From a virus, in the IMG/VR virus record IMGVR_UViG_3300020048_000018, positions 96,001 through 160,000 of that record: 64,000 nucleotides of DNA; one strand, written 5' to 3'. The position numbers and the translations under genes are program-made. Of this stretch, positions 1 through 8,986 are shown one piece after another; the stretch's first letter is position 1; every line of letters begins with the position of its first letter. Under the pieces are notes generated by a model. The model saw only the letters and a program-made list of their open reading frames with translations. It ran no database searches and was not told where the DNA came from.

Positions 1-9
1 ACTTCCTCC

Positions 10-498
10 ATGAAAGCAGGTATCAGCCCCATCCGTGTTGTCTGCAACAATACCCTTACTGCCGCTCTCAATTCTTCACCCCGAGTCTGGTCTTTCCGTC
101 ACATGGGTGATCTGGAAAACAGAAAACGGGAAGCTATGGAAACCCTCGGTCTTGCTACCGACTACCTCGATGAACTCGAATCTTTTGCCGAGATGATGGC
201 TTCCAAAAAAGTCAACATCATCAAGTTCGTGGACAAACTTTTCCCTATCGACGAGGAAGCCACCGACCGCCAGATTTTTACCATCGAAGAAGAAAAACGG
301 AAGATTATCAGTCTGTCCGAAGTTGCGAACATCTCCAACTTCAAGGGTACTGCTTGGGGTGCTTGGAATGCTGTTGCAGACCATATCTCCAACTCTGACC
401 CGAAACGCAAAACTGACACCCTGCAACGTTCCAAGTTCGTGGACTTCATGGACGGTTCAAAACTTCTGGTTCGAGCACAGAAGATTCTTACCGCATAA
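10..498 (+). CDS. DUF932/DUF945-family phage protein (possibly N-terminally truncated by the window edge)
   Basis: Motifs PIRVVCNNTL, FRHMG and KGTAWGAWNAV are typical of DUF932. Codon usage is visibly more GC-rich than neighbouring genes. Confidence 0.8.
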   Translation: MKAGISPIRVVCNNTLTAALNSSPRVWSFRHMGDLENRKREAMETLGLATDYLDELESFAEMMASKKVNIIKFVDKLFPIDEEATDRQIFTIEEEKRKIISLSEVANISNFKGTAWGAWNAVADHISNSDPKRKTDTLQRSKFVDFMDGSKLLVRAQKILTA

Positions 499-502
499 CC
501 CT

Positions 503-533
503 AAGGGGGAGGAAACTCCCCCTTCATTTTTTT
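503..533 (+). terminator. Rho-independent terminator
   Basis: aaggggga-ggaaac-tccccctt hairpin followed by a T-run. Confidence 0.8.
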
Positions 534-543
534 GGAGGTTTTT

Positions 544-843
544 ATGAAAGAAAATAATGTTAATATAGATACAGGTAATGAAGGGGATGATATAGTTAAA
601 TCTGGATATCCCATACTTCGTGCAGACAAGATTCATTGCCTGTATGTCCCGTCTAAAGTTGCTCTGGAAGTTGATGCTATCGGAAATGGAAGTCATCCAA
701 ATCTTATGGTAACGGTTTCAGAGAAGTTTGGAAAAAGTTTTCCAATATCATTCACTGACTATGGAAGCATGTGGGACGTTTTTTCAGCTACGGCAGAAAA
801 GTCTGGAATACGAGTTACTCTCTATCAACCGGAGCATTCATGA
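544..843 (+). CDS. Hypothetical protein
   Basis: GGAGG RBS before ATG 544. ATGA overlap with the next gene. Confidence 0.6.
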   Translation: MKENNVNIDTGNEGDDIVKSGYPILRADKIHCLYVPSKVALEVDAIGNGSHPNLMVTVSEKFGKSFPISFTDYGSMWDVFSATAEKSGIRVTLYQPEHS

Positions 844-1016
844 ACTCTGAATCCAGTGATTTTAGCAAAGAAGTTGAAAAACAACTTTCGAATATGACTG
901 AACGGGTTTGTAATCTTTTAGGAGTTTCTGAAAAAGGGTACACAATCTCTCGGTGCAAAGTAATTACAAAAGAACAAATACGTGATGCGATATCTAATCG
1001 CCCCATAAGAAGGTAA
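840..1016 (+). CDS. Small hypothetical protein (MNSESS...)
   Basis: ATGA-coupled start at 840, in frame with the ORF-track entry 771..1016. Confidence 0.5.
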   Translation: MNSESSDFSKEVEKQLSNMTERVCNLLGVSEKGYTISRCKVITKEQIRDAISNRPIRR

Positions 1017-1018
1017 AT

Positions 1019-1678
1019 ATGACAGAAAAAAAAACAGACAAGAGCTATGGAGTGGTGGGACTTACCAGATGGAGCAGTTCCAAAAATGAAAATTTTTTTG
1101 GTACTGATGTTAAATCTTCTACTGGAGTGAAGCTTTCTATATCTCAGGCAAATATCCGAAGGGAAGGTTCTCAGGATTATATTTTCGACGAACAACTTCT
1201 TATTGAAGTGGAGTTATCCCCAATCCAATTTGCTGACATGGTTACAAATATGAATGTAGGTTGCGGAGTTCCTTGCACAATCAAGGCTTTTAAAACTGAT
1301 GAAAAAATAGAGCATTATAAATATGAAGTAACTGAACCAAAGGTTGATCTTTTCAAGAAAGAATACAATGAAAAAATCTCTAGTTCTAAAAGATTAATTA
1401 AAAATGCACAGGATATAATCAAGACCTCAAAGTTGAGTAAGAAGGAACAAGAATCAATAGGTAATCTTCTTTTCTCCATAGGAAATGAAATTGATAGTAA
1501 TAGCCATTTCATAAGAAAACAGTTCGAGGAATTCATTGACCTTTCTACCATGGAAGCAAAGAAAAATGTCGATTATCACATCGAAAATACGATGATCTCC
1601 CTTGGAAAAGAAAAACTTCAAGAAGTTATTGAATCAGGAACTTTCAATATATCTCTGCCTGAGACTACAGATGATTGA
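1019..1678 (+). CDS. Hypothetical phage protein
   Basis: 219-aa ORF, tightly packed, AAGG RBS. Confidence 0.75.
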   Translation: MTEKKTDKSYGVVGLTRWSSSKNENFFGTDVKSSTGVKLSISQANIRREGSQDYIFDEQLLIEVELSPIQFADMVTNMNVGCGVPCTIKAFKTDEKIEHYKYEVTEPKVDLFKKEYNEKISSSKRLIKNAQDIIKTSKLSKKEQESIGNLLFSIGNEIDSNSHFIRKQFEEFIDLSTMEAKKNVDYHIENTMISLGKEKLQEVIESGTFNISLPETTDD

Positions 1679-1820
1679 AACTAATCCCCGAGTTTGTACC
1701 CGATGTGGAAAAACTGTACCCTTAAACGAAGGGATTATTGATAACACTGACCCAAATAACAGGAGCTTGATTTGCGACGATTGTTATGAAATACTTTTCA
1801 GTGAAATAATGAACGATTAA
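1671..1820 (+). CDS. Small Zn-ribbon protein
   Basis: CTRC...CDDC pairs. Coupled start at 1671. Confidence 0.5.
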   Translation: MIETNPRVCTRCGKTVPLNEGIIDNTDPNNRSLICDDCYEILFSEIMND

Positions 1821-1832
1821 GGAGTTATAAAT

Positions 1833-2327
1833 ATGTTTGTAGCAGTACCTATTTACAAAAAAATTAATGGCATTTTTGGGATTGTCGATATCAAAATCCA
1901 CTCAGGACAACTCATATCTACTACTTCGGATTCAATATTCAACTACGAGATATTAAAAATAAAAATAGGTAAAAAGGACATACGAGTTTCATCTGAATTT
2001 GCAAATGAAGATAAGTATTTTGTATGTAAAAAAATAAGGTCTGATGTTGAAAAGGAACTTAATTCTCTTGTAATTATGGGGAATACTGCAAAAGCAATTC
2101 TTATTAATAACGGAGACACAAAAAACTTGGAAAAGAGAATTGAGAAAACAAAAAAGTTTTTTCAAAGAAAGTTGAGAACCATTTTATTCAAAGTGTCCTT
2201 TTGGGAATTTATTTATTTTATGTTTCCATCTGAGGAAAACGAAGACACTTATATCCATAGCTATTATAGGAGAGACAAATATAATGGTAAGAGTATCTAT
2301 TCTAAAAAGAAGTATTATGAATCCTGA
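1833..2327 (+). CDS. Hypothetical protein
   Basis: AAGGAG RBS, 164-aa ORF. Confidence 0.7.
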   Translation: MFVAVPIYKKINGIFGIVDIKIHSGQLISTTSDSIFNYEILKIKIGKKDIRVSSEFANEDKYFVCKKIRSDVEKELNSLVIMGNTAKAILINNGDTKNLEKRIEKTKKFFQRKLRTILFKVSFWEFIYFMFPSEENEDTYIHSYYRRDKYNGKSIYSKKKYYES

Positions 2328-2395
2328 TAATTGAAAGGCTAAATAGAAAGGAACAGGGAAACCCTGAAATAGCGTTTGTAGAAGTTTCCTATTAA

Positions 2396-2425
2396 AAAGG
2401 GTGTCCAGAAAACTGGACACCCTTT
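2396..2425. terminator. Bidirectional terminator
   Basis: aaaagggtgtccag-aaaa-ctggacaccctttt between convergent genes. Confidence 0.85.
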
Positions 2426-2435
2426 TGATTTAGAT

Positions 2436-4463
2436 TTAAGATACGTCTGGAAGTATCTTTTCGGAATATGTAACCCAATTAATAGCATTCTTGTATTCAG
2501 AATAAGACACAGATGGAACAATAATTTGTACAACAGAACTTGGAAATACCAAGGTTCCAATATTTGTAAGTGGTGAAGACCTATTAACTATTACGGTATG
2601 CAACGCATTGCACCCAAGGAAAGCCGAGTTCCCAATAACATTAACAGACTCAGGAAGGGTTATTGTTGTTATAGCTTGACAGCTTTGGAAAGAAGACTCC
2701 CCTATTGTTAAAATACCTGAAGGAAGTATCACACTTAAAAGTGCAGTACAACTCTGGAATAATTTATCTGCAATATTTGTAATTCCTTGAGGAAGTACAA
2801 GAGAAGAAATCTTTGAGCATCCTTGGAATGCACCAGAACCAATTGTGGTTACAGTTGAGGGAACCTCTAATACTTCAAGGTTATAACAATTTTGAAAGGT
2901 GTTAGAGTTTATTGAAACTAGATTATTCGGAAGTGTTACAGAAACTAGCTGAGTACAGGAAATAAATGCTCCTGCCCCAAGAGATAATACTGTCTGAGGA
3001 ATTACCATGCTCGTTAGCATTGAACACTGACTAAACGCATTTGTCCCTATTGAGGTTAAAGATGAAGGAAGGGTAACATTTACCATTAAGCTACACCCCG
3101 AGAAAGTTCCTGACCCAATAGTTTTCACGGAAGATGGGATAGATAAAGAAGTAATCCCTGAGTTCTTAAATGCATTGTCATCTATTTTAGTTAGACTGCT
3201 TGGAAGACCAACTGTAGAAAGGGATGTACATCCAGAGAATATTCCTTCTGGTAGGATTGAAATTTTATTTGGGACAACAATATCCGTTAGGGAAGTGCAA
3301 CCATCAAAGGCACTTGTTCCTATGAAAGTAAGGGTGTATGGCAAGTCTATTGAAGTTAGTTCAGTACAACCTGCAAAAACAGAAGACCCTAATAGGTTTA
3401 ATGTTGAAGGTAACACGATTTCACTTAATACTTTACATCCTGCAAAAGCGTTTTCTCCAATGCTATTTATTTCGTCCTGAAGTACAATTGAAGAAAGGGA
3501 TTCACAACCAAAGAATAAGTTTGAAGGAATAGTGGTTATTGAGGAAGGAATACTTATTTCAACAAGGGAGGAATTAGAAAAAGAACCAGAACCAATTGAA
3601 GTAACTGTTGGAGGAATTACAATATTTGTAAGACCAGAACAATTCTCAAATACACCAGACCCTATATAAGTCACCGATTCAGGAATTATTAGTGTAGTAA
3701 TAGGAGAGTTTTTGAAAGCATTATCTTCTATACGAACAATAAAATCTGGTATCGATACAACGGTTTCAGTTCCTACAAACGAAGTTAGATTAGTTCCTGT
3801 AATAACAAAACTGGATAGGTCTGTTGTCATAGGATAAATTATATCAGCATACATAGAAAAATATTCAGAACTTTTATAAGCTTCCACGCTCTCATTTGGA
3901 ACTAAAATAACAAAGTTTGGACTACACCCAAGAAATACATCTACTCCTTGGGTAGGTGGAGATATTTGATTGTAAATTGCATAGGAAAGGGACTCACAAT
4001 TCTCAAAAGAGCTTGAACCTATTGAATTAATATTTTCCATAAACTCGATGTGAGTCAAGTTAGTACCAAAAAAGGAGTTGCTTTCAAGAGTAGTAAGGCT
4101 TTGGGGTAATTTTATTCCTGATAGTTTTGTACATCCTTCAAAAGCTCCATACCTAATTTCTAATAAACCAGAAGGAAAAATAACATCTGTAATATATTCC
4201 TTATCCTTAAACACATTTTGATATATGCTTAATACTCCATCAGGTATTATTACATAACTACTTAAGCTGTTGTAAGAAGACAATCCAGATTCATCTATAA
4301 CAAAAGTAGGTACATCCCCTTGTACTGCGATAAGTCTAATCAAAGAACTATAAGTTCTAAAAGGTAACGAGGGTGATACTTCTACCCCTTTCTCAATTAA
4401 AGCTGACCTTATCATGGCTTTTGTTTCTCTTAAATATTCAAGTTTGTTCAATATGATGCTCAT
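2436..4463 (-). CDS. BspA-type (LRR_5) leucine-rich-repeat protein, putative receptor-binding/fibre protein
   Basis: Many (L/I)xxIxIPxSVTxIGxxAFxxCxxL repeats. N-terminus LNKLEYLRETKAMIRSALIEKGV resembles a phage fibre attachment segment. Confidence 0.85.
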   Translation of the reverse strand: MSIILNKLEYLRETKAMIRSALIEKGVEVSPSLPFRTYSSLIRLIAVQGDVPTFVIDESGLSSYNSLSSYVIIPDGVLSIYQNVFKDKEYITDVIFPSGLLEIRYGAFEGCTKLSGIKLPQSLTTLESNSFFGTNLTHIEFMENINSIGSSSFENCESLSYAIYNQISPPTQGVDVFLGCSPNFVILVPNESVEAYKSSEYFSMYADIIYPMTTDLSSFVITGTNLTSFVGTETVVSIPDFIVRIEDNAFKNSPITTLIIPESVTYIGSGVFENCSGLTNIVIPPTVTSIGSGSFSNSSLVEISIPSSITTIPSNLFFGCESLSSIVLQDEINSIGENAFAGCKVLSEIVLPSTLNLLGSSVFAGCTELTSIDLPYTLTFIGTSAFDGCTSLTDIVVPNKISILPEGIFSGCTSLSTVGLPSSLTKIDDNAFKNSGITSLSIPSSVKTIGSGTFSGCSLMVNVTLPSSLTSIGTNAFSQCSMLTSMVIPQTVLSLGAGAFISCTQLVSVTLPNNLVSINSNTFQNCYNLEVLEVPSTVTTIGSGAFQGCSKISSLVLPQGITNIADKLFQSCTALLSVILPSGILTIGESSFQSCQAITTITLPESVNVIGNSAFLGCNALHTVIVNRSSPLTNIGTLVFPSSVVQIIVPSVSYSEYKNAINWVTYSEKILPDVS

Positions 4464-5212
4464 TTCTTTTCCTCTTTATATGTAATTATTTTTGAAGTTG
4501 TTTTGCCAACAAGATACCAGCAGTAAAGGATGCAATAGAAGACAAGACTAATCCACCAATAAGTAGCTTGTTCTTTAAGATTAAAGATTTTATTTGTTTC
4601 TGGTCCTTGTCCACTGATTCCTGTAAGGTTGTTGAGGTCTCCTGTGATAGTGTCAACAAGTCGGATACTCCTTTCAATTCCGCTTCCAAGTTTGCTATTA
4701 TAAGCTTCAATTGACCTATTATATCCTGTAAGCTTGTCTGTTGAATCAAGGCTTGATCTAATTGCTTCTGAAGCTGTTGTATTTTCAACTCCGAGCTGTC
4801 CAGTAATTTCTTGGAGTTGGCTAAGGAAGACCTTGCTTTCAGTAAGAGTAATGTTAAGCTCTTTATTTCGTTCTGTGAGTTCTTCAACAGTACTTGTGAG
4901 AGTTCCAACTGTTTTGAGGCTTCCATCAAGTTCTGTTTTAGCAGAATCAAGTTGTCCACGGAGGGTTGAAACGAGTAGCTTTGAATCTGAATAGTTGTTG
5001 CTTGTGCTGATAATGGAAGTGATAAGAACAATGTTGAGAACAATAGATATGCCACAACCAATGTAAAATGCTTTCTTAATTTTATCATTAGAGATTTCCT
5101 TTATAGGGAGTATTTTTGAAAAGTTTTCTGCTGAAAAAGTTTCTTTTAATTTATCAAATGCTTCAGACTTTATCTTTTTTAGACCTGAGAAAAGTATTGC
5201 TCTTATATTCAT
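4460..5212 (-). CDS. Membrane-anchored coiled-coil protein (i-spanin-like, outer gene of an overprinted pair)
   Basis: TM at about aa 49-69, coiled-coil middle, hydrophobic C-terminus. AAGGG RBS and ACTAATT motif upstream. Confidence 0.7.
   Translation of the reverse strand: MNIRAILFSGLKKIKSEAFDKLKETFSAENFSKILPIKEISNDKIKKAFYIGCGISIVLNIVLITSIISTSNNYSDSKLLVSTLRGQLDSAKTELDGSLKTVGTLTSTVEELTERNKELNITLTESKVFLSQLQEITGQLGVENTTASEAIRSSLDSTDKLTGYNRSIEAYNSKLGSGIERSIRLVDTITGDLNNLTGISGQGPETNKIFNLKEQATYWWISLVFYCILYCWYLVGKTTSKIITYKEEKK
4486..5088 (-). CDS. Signal-peptide + coiled-coil + C-terminal TM protein, embedded in another frame of 4460..5212
   Basis: Own RBS (AAGGA, 8 nt before ATG 5088). Signal peptide ending SAQA, Leu heptads, C-terminal LLIGGLVLSSIASFTAGILLA. 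Confidence 0.65.
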   Translation of the reverse strand: MIKLRKHFTLVVAYLLFSTLFLSLPLSAQATTIQIQSYSFQPSVDNLILLKQNLMEASKQLELSQVLLKNSQNEIKSLTLLLLKARSSLANSKKLLDSSELKIQQLQKQLDQALIQQTSLQDIIGQLKLIIANLEAELKGVSDLLTLSQETSTTLQESVDKDQKQIKSLILKNKLLIGGLVLSSIASFTAGILLAKQLQK

Positions 5213-5337
5213 TTTTTACCCTTTCGCTTATGAATTAGTTGCAAGAAATTATTATTACTTTTTTTATAAATTTAATCAAAATTCCAAGTATCCCTGTTAA
5301 TATATCATATATAGACAATACGAATTAGGAGAAATTA

Positions 5338-5625
5338 ATGATCAGTGCTACCCTTCAAACAAACTTTGTAAAGGTTTTGAGTGACTTGAAACTATACAAT
5401 GAATCTCATGATGTTCTTGAGGTTGAATCAGATGACAACCTTATTGAAGTAACCCATAAAAATGGAAAGATTTTTACTTTTTATCTCGACCCTATCACAC
5501 AAGGTGGGTCAAAGGTTTCACAGCTAACTTACATCGACGATGAGGGAAAGAAATTTCTTGGATTTGTTCATGATGAAAATGATGAAAAAGATATCCGATC
5601 TGGAATTAAAAAAGTTTTCATGTAA
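5338..5625 (+). CDS. Hypothetical protein
   Basis: AGGAG RBS, preceded by a TGTTAATATA motif. Confidence 0.7.
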   Translation: MISATLQTNFVKVLSDLKLYNESHDVLEVESDDNLIEVTHKNGKIFTFYLDPITQGGSKVSQLTYIDDEGKKFLGFVHDENDEKDIRSGIKKVFM

Positions 5626-5640
5626 ACTAAAGTTTGTTTT

Positions 5641-5672
5641 GGCTCCTTGCTTCGGCAAGGGGCTTTTTTCAT
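5641..5672 (+). terminator. Rho-independent terminator
   Basis: gctccttgc-ttcg-gcaaggggc followed by T-run. Confidence 0.85.
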
Positions 5673-5764
5673 TTAAATACTTAATAGCTAAACTACCTAC
5701 TAATTCTACATAGGCTAAAAACCTAATCAAAATATACGAGGGTTAATTAAAGGTATAATAAATT

Positions 5765-7042
5765 ATGAATAGAATACAACTTCTCAGATCACAAACCAAG
5801 TCAAGCTTGCCTGAACTTAAATATGGTGAACTTGCCTATCTAAAAAACAAAGAACTTATTGTAGGAAATGGGGGAGATGGCGAAGACCTAGTTATTAATG
5901 ACTGGAAAAATATCATCAACAAACCTGTAGCTCTCCTTGAGTTAGCAAGTACAAGTCTAATAACCGAATCCCAACATTTCATGAGAATTACCAACGCCCA
6001 AGGATGTAGATGGGAGATAGTCTACAGAGACGAATCAAACTCAAATGTTAGATTCGATACAATCATGTCCGTACTTGGCTCAAATGAAACCATTAAATGG
6101 ACAGAAACCTCAACCGGATCTATTGGAGACACCTCAGGGATATCCCCCATGTTTACCGTTGTAGATAGAGATATTATCTTGAGTTTTGAAGTTACCTCAG
6201 GAGTTTGGAATGTATCAGTTAATCCAAGCCCCTTATCTTTTAATAATTCAACAGTAATCGTACAACTTCTTGAAGACGCTGTTTCAAATGGTGGGTATAG
6301 TTTTACTCCACCCTCATATGCTCAAGTTGGTTTTAGAATTGACCTCAATGCTACCCTAATTACAAACCCAATACCCGGAACCTACTCAGGAGTCTCCTTC
6401 ACAAATCCTATCTCACTTAATACCTATGGAAATTATATTTTTAATGACTGTGATTTTCCTCTTGGATTTGAAAACATTTCCGGTGGTGCAGGAGTATCAA
6501 GAACAGTAGAATTAAATCACTGTAGAGTTAGTTCCTCAGGTTTATTTTTTGAGGATGGTGGTCAAAAAGATTGGAAAGTTACTTGGAGTTATATTTCAAG
6601 CGATAGAGAACAAGCCTTTAGTGCAACAGGTGTATTAGGTATAACTGATTATACTTCACCAACCCCTTGTATAGTAGAAGACTGTATTATTGAACTACAT
6701 AATTTAGGTACTCCTGAAATAGAAGTAGAAGCCTATATCTCAAGCGGGGGTAATGGACTCACTTTCAAGAGAGTTCGATTTATTACTCAAGGACCAAAAG
6801 TTGATGGAATAACTGGTCAATTTGCTGTTATCGCACACTCAGGAAATAACGCACTGTTCGATACCTGTGAGTTCCTTACAGAAAACTGTGCTGACTATAC
6901 TGTATTCTCAGATGGAACTAATGTACTGTTTAAGGATTGTAAGTTTGCAAAGGGTAAACTCGGATACTATGACACTCTGTACCCAGTAGATGAGACATAC
7001 TTAAGATGTGTAGATATAACTTCTGGTGAATCAATACACTAA
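5765..7042 (+). CDS. Putative virion structural/tail protein with beta-helix-like C-terminus
   Basis: N-terminus IQLLRS...LKYGELAY resembles a tail-spike attachment segment. C-terminal FxxCxF-type repeats. Confidence 0.55.
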   Translation: MNRIQLLRSQTKSSLPELKYGELAYLKNKELIVGNGGDGEDLVINDWKNIINKPVALLELASTSLITESQHFMRITNAQGCRWEIVYRDESNSNVRFDTIMSVLGSNETIKWTETSTGSIGDTSGISPMFTVVDRDIILSFEVTSGVWNVSVNPSPLSFNNSTVIVQLLEDAVSNGGYSFTPPSYAQVGFRIDLNATLITNPIPGTYSGVSFTNPISLNTYGNYIFNDCDFPLGFENISGGAGVSRTVELNHCRVSSSGLFFEDGGQKDWKVTWSYISSDREQAFSATGVLGITDYTSPTPCIVEDCIIELHNLGTPEIEVEAYISSGGNGLTFKRVRFITQGPKVDGITGQFAVIAHSGNNALFDTCEFLTENCADYTVFSDGTNVLFKDCKFAKGKLGYYDTLYPVDETYLRCVDITSGESIH

Positions 7043-7067
7043 TTAGATAATATAAAGGAAGATACAA

Positions 7068-8918
7068 ATGAGTGAACTACTGAACAAAATAAATTACTTG
7101 ACTGAAACGAAAAACCTGATGAAAGCAAAATTAGGTACAACCTCTGACATCTTGAGAGACTATGTTCCTCTCATGAAATATGATGACGGAACAGCTCCAA
7201 AAGAATGGAGCGAAGCTGATTGGTTAGATGTTTATAATAGTTACCAAAGACCTGCTGATTGGTTAACAATTCCTACAATTTTGGAATCTGAACAAAAAGT
7301 AATTGGTCTCTATCCAGTTTACGACCATGACTCAAATTTCGTTGCAGTTACAATCTCAGGAAATTATTCCGTAGACTGGGGTGATGGAGTTACAGAAAAC
7401 TTCGTAGCAGGTGTGAAAGCTGAACATAGTTATGACTATGCAACTTGTGGAAATCTTTCTACATTAGGCTACAAGCAGGTATTAATTACGATTACTCCTC
7501 AAGCAACTTTTAATTTGACCTCAGTAAACTTAGGGGTTTTTCATACTTCAGCACCAAATAGCCCCAATTCATTTTTAGACATTTCTGGGAATGGAAGTTT
7601 AATTACTCTCTTTAATGTTCAAAACTTACCTATATTAAACTCTTTTAGTTTAGGATTAAATAATATTACAAACTTTTCTTATTTGTTTTATGGTTGTCCT
7701 TCTTTACAAACTATCCCACTTCTAAATACAAGTTTAGGTACAAACTTTCAATCTATGTTTTATACTTGTCTTGCACTACAAACTATTCCACTTTTTGATA
7801 CAAGTAAAGGTACAAACTTTTCTCAGATATTTAGTAATTGTACTGCCTTGCAAACGATTCCACTTCTTAATACAAGTTTAGGTACTGACTTTTCTGGTAT
7901 GTTTATTAATTGTACTTCCTTAAAAACAATTCCACTTCTCGATACAAGTAATGGTACAAACTTTTCTGCTATGTTTCAGAATTGTTATTCCTTACAAACG
8001 ATTCCCCTTCTTGATACAAGTTTAGGTACAACCTTTTCTCAGATGTTTAATATGTGTAAGTCATTACAAACGATTCCACTTATTGATACAAGTTTAGGTA
8101 CAAATTTTTCTATTATGTTTACTAGTTGTTATTCCTTACAAACGATTCCACTTCTCGATACAAGTTTAGGTACAAACTTTACTTCTATGTTTAGTAGTTG
8201 TACTTCCTTACAAACGATTCCTCTTCTTGATACAAGTTCAGGTACAAACTTTACTTATATGTTTAGTGGTTGTTCTTCATTACAAATTATCCCACTTCTC
8301 AATACAAGTTTAGGTACAGGACTTGGGGCTATGTTTAGTGATTGTACTTCCTTACAAACGATTCCGATTCTTGATACAAGTAAATGTACAAACTTTACTT
8401 CTATGTTTCAATCTTGTAAATCATTACAAACTATTCCACTTCTTGATACAAGTTTAAGTTCAAACTTTTCTTCTATGTTTTATGATTGTCCTTCCTTACA
8501 AACGATTCCACTTATTGATATAAGTTTAGGTACAGACTTCTCTTATATGTTTTATAATTGTAAATCCTTACAAAGTATTCCACTTCTCAATACAAATTTA
8601 GGTACAAACTTTAATTCTATGTTTAATGGTTGTCCTTCCTTACAAAGGATTCCACTTCTCGATACAAGTAAGGGTACGAGCTTTACGGCTATGTTTCAAG
8701 GTAGTTCTTCATTAGGGAAAGCAACTTTACTAAACACGAAAACAACAATTTCATTTGAAAGTTGTAAGTTGAGTAAATCCGCTCTTGTTGATATTTTTAA
8801 TAATTTAGCAACAGTGACTGGTCAGACTATTACTATTACAGGAAATTACGGTGCATCTTTATTAACCGCAGAGGATAGATTAATTGCAACAAATAAAGGT
8901 TGGACAATAGTTGGATAA
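7068..8918 (+). CDS. Putative receptor-binding fibre protein with DUF285/BspA-like 24-aa LRRs
   Basis: 14 repeats of CxSLQTIPLLDTSLGTNFxxMFxx. VDWGDG PKD-like motif. N-terminus is similar to that of 2436..4463. Confidence 0.75.
   Translation: MSELLNKINYLTETKNLMKAKLGTTSDILRDYVPLMKYDDGTAPKEWSEADWLDVYNSYQRPADWLTIPTILESEQKVIGLYPVYDHDSNFVAVTISGNYSVDWGDGVTENFVAGVKAEHSYDYATCGNLSTLGYKQVLITITPQATFNLTSVNLGVFHTSAPNSPNSFLDISGNGSLITLFNVQNLPILNSFSLGLNNITNFSYLFYGCPSLQTIPLLNTSLGTNFQSMFYTCLALQTIPLFDTSKGTNFSQIFSNCTALQTIPLLNTSLGTDFSGMFINCTSLKTIPLLDTSNGTNFSAMFQNCYSLQTIPLLDTSLGTTFSQMFNMCKSLQTIPLIDTSLGTNFSIMFTSCYSLQTIPLLDTSLGTNFTSMFSSCTSLQTIPLLDTSSGTNFTYMFSGCSSLQIIPLLNTSLGTGLGAMFSDCTSLQTIPILDTSKCTNFTSMFQSCKSLQTIPLLDTSLSSNFSSMFYDCPSLQTIPLIDISLGTDFSYMFYNCKSLQSIPLLNTNLGTNFNSMFNGCPSLQRIPLLDTSKGTSFTAMFQGSSSLGKATLLNTKTTISFESCKLSKSALVDIFNNLATVTGQTITITGNYGASLLTAEDRLIATNKGWTIVG
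7695..8702 (+). repeat. Tandem array of 14 x 72-bp coding repeats
   Basis: The acaagt(tta)ggtaca core recurs every 72 nt (e.g. 7728, 7800). Confidence 0.9.
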
Positions 8919-8986
8919 ATATTAAAAAGTAACTACTAATTTAGACAGGAAAGAGTGAACTCTTACCTAAAAATAAGGAGCCAAAC

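Noticed and set aside
76-547. Alternative-frame ORFs over the DUF932 gene
   Set aside because: No RBS or recognisable features. They are explained by higher GC reducing stop codons.
7695-8702. CRISPR array or DGR variable region
   Set aside because: The repeats are in-frame coding units without unique spacers. No template repeat or reverse transcriptase is present in the window.
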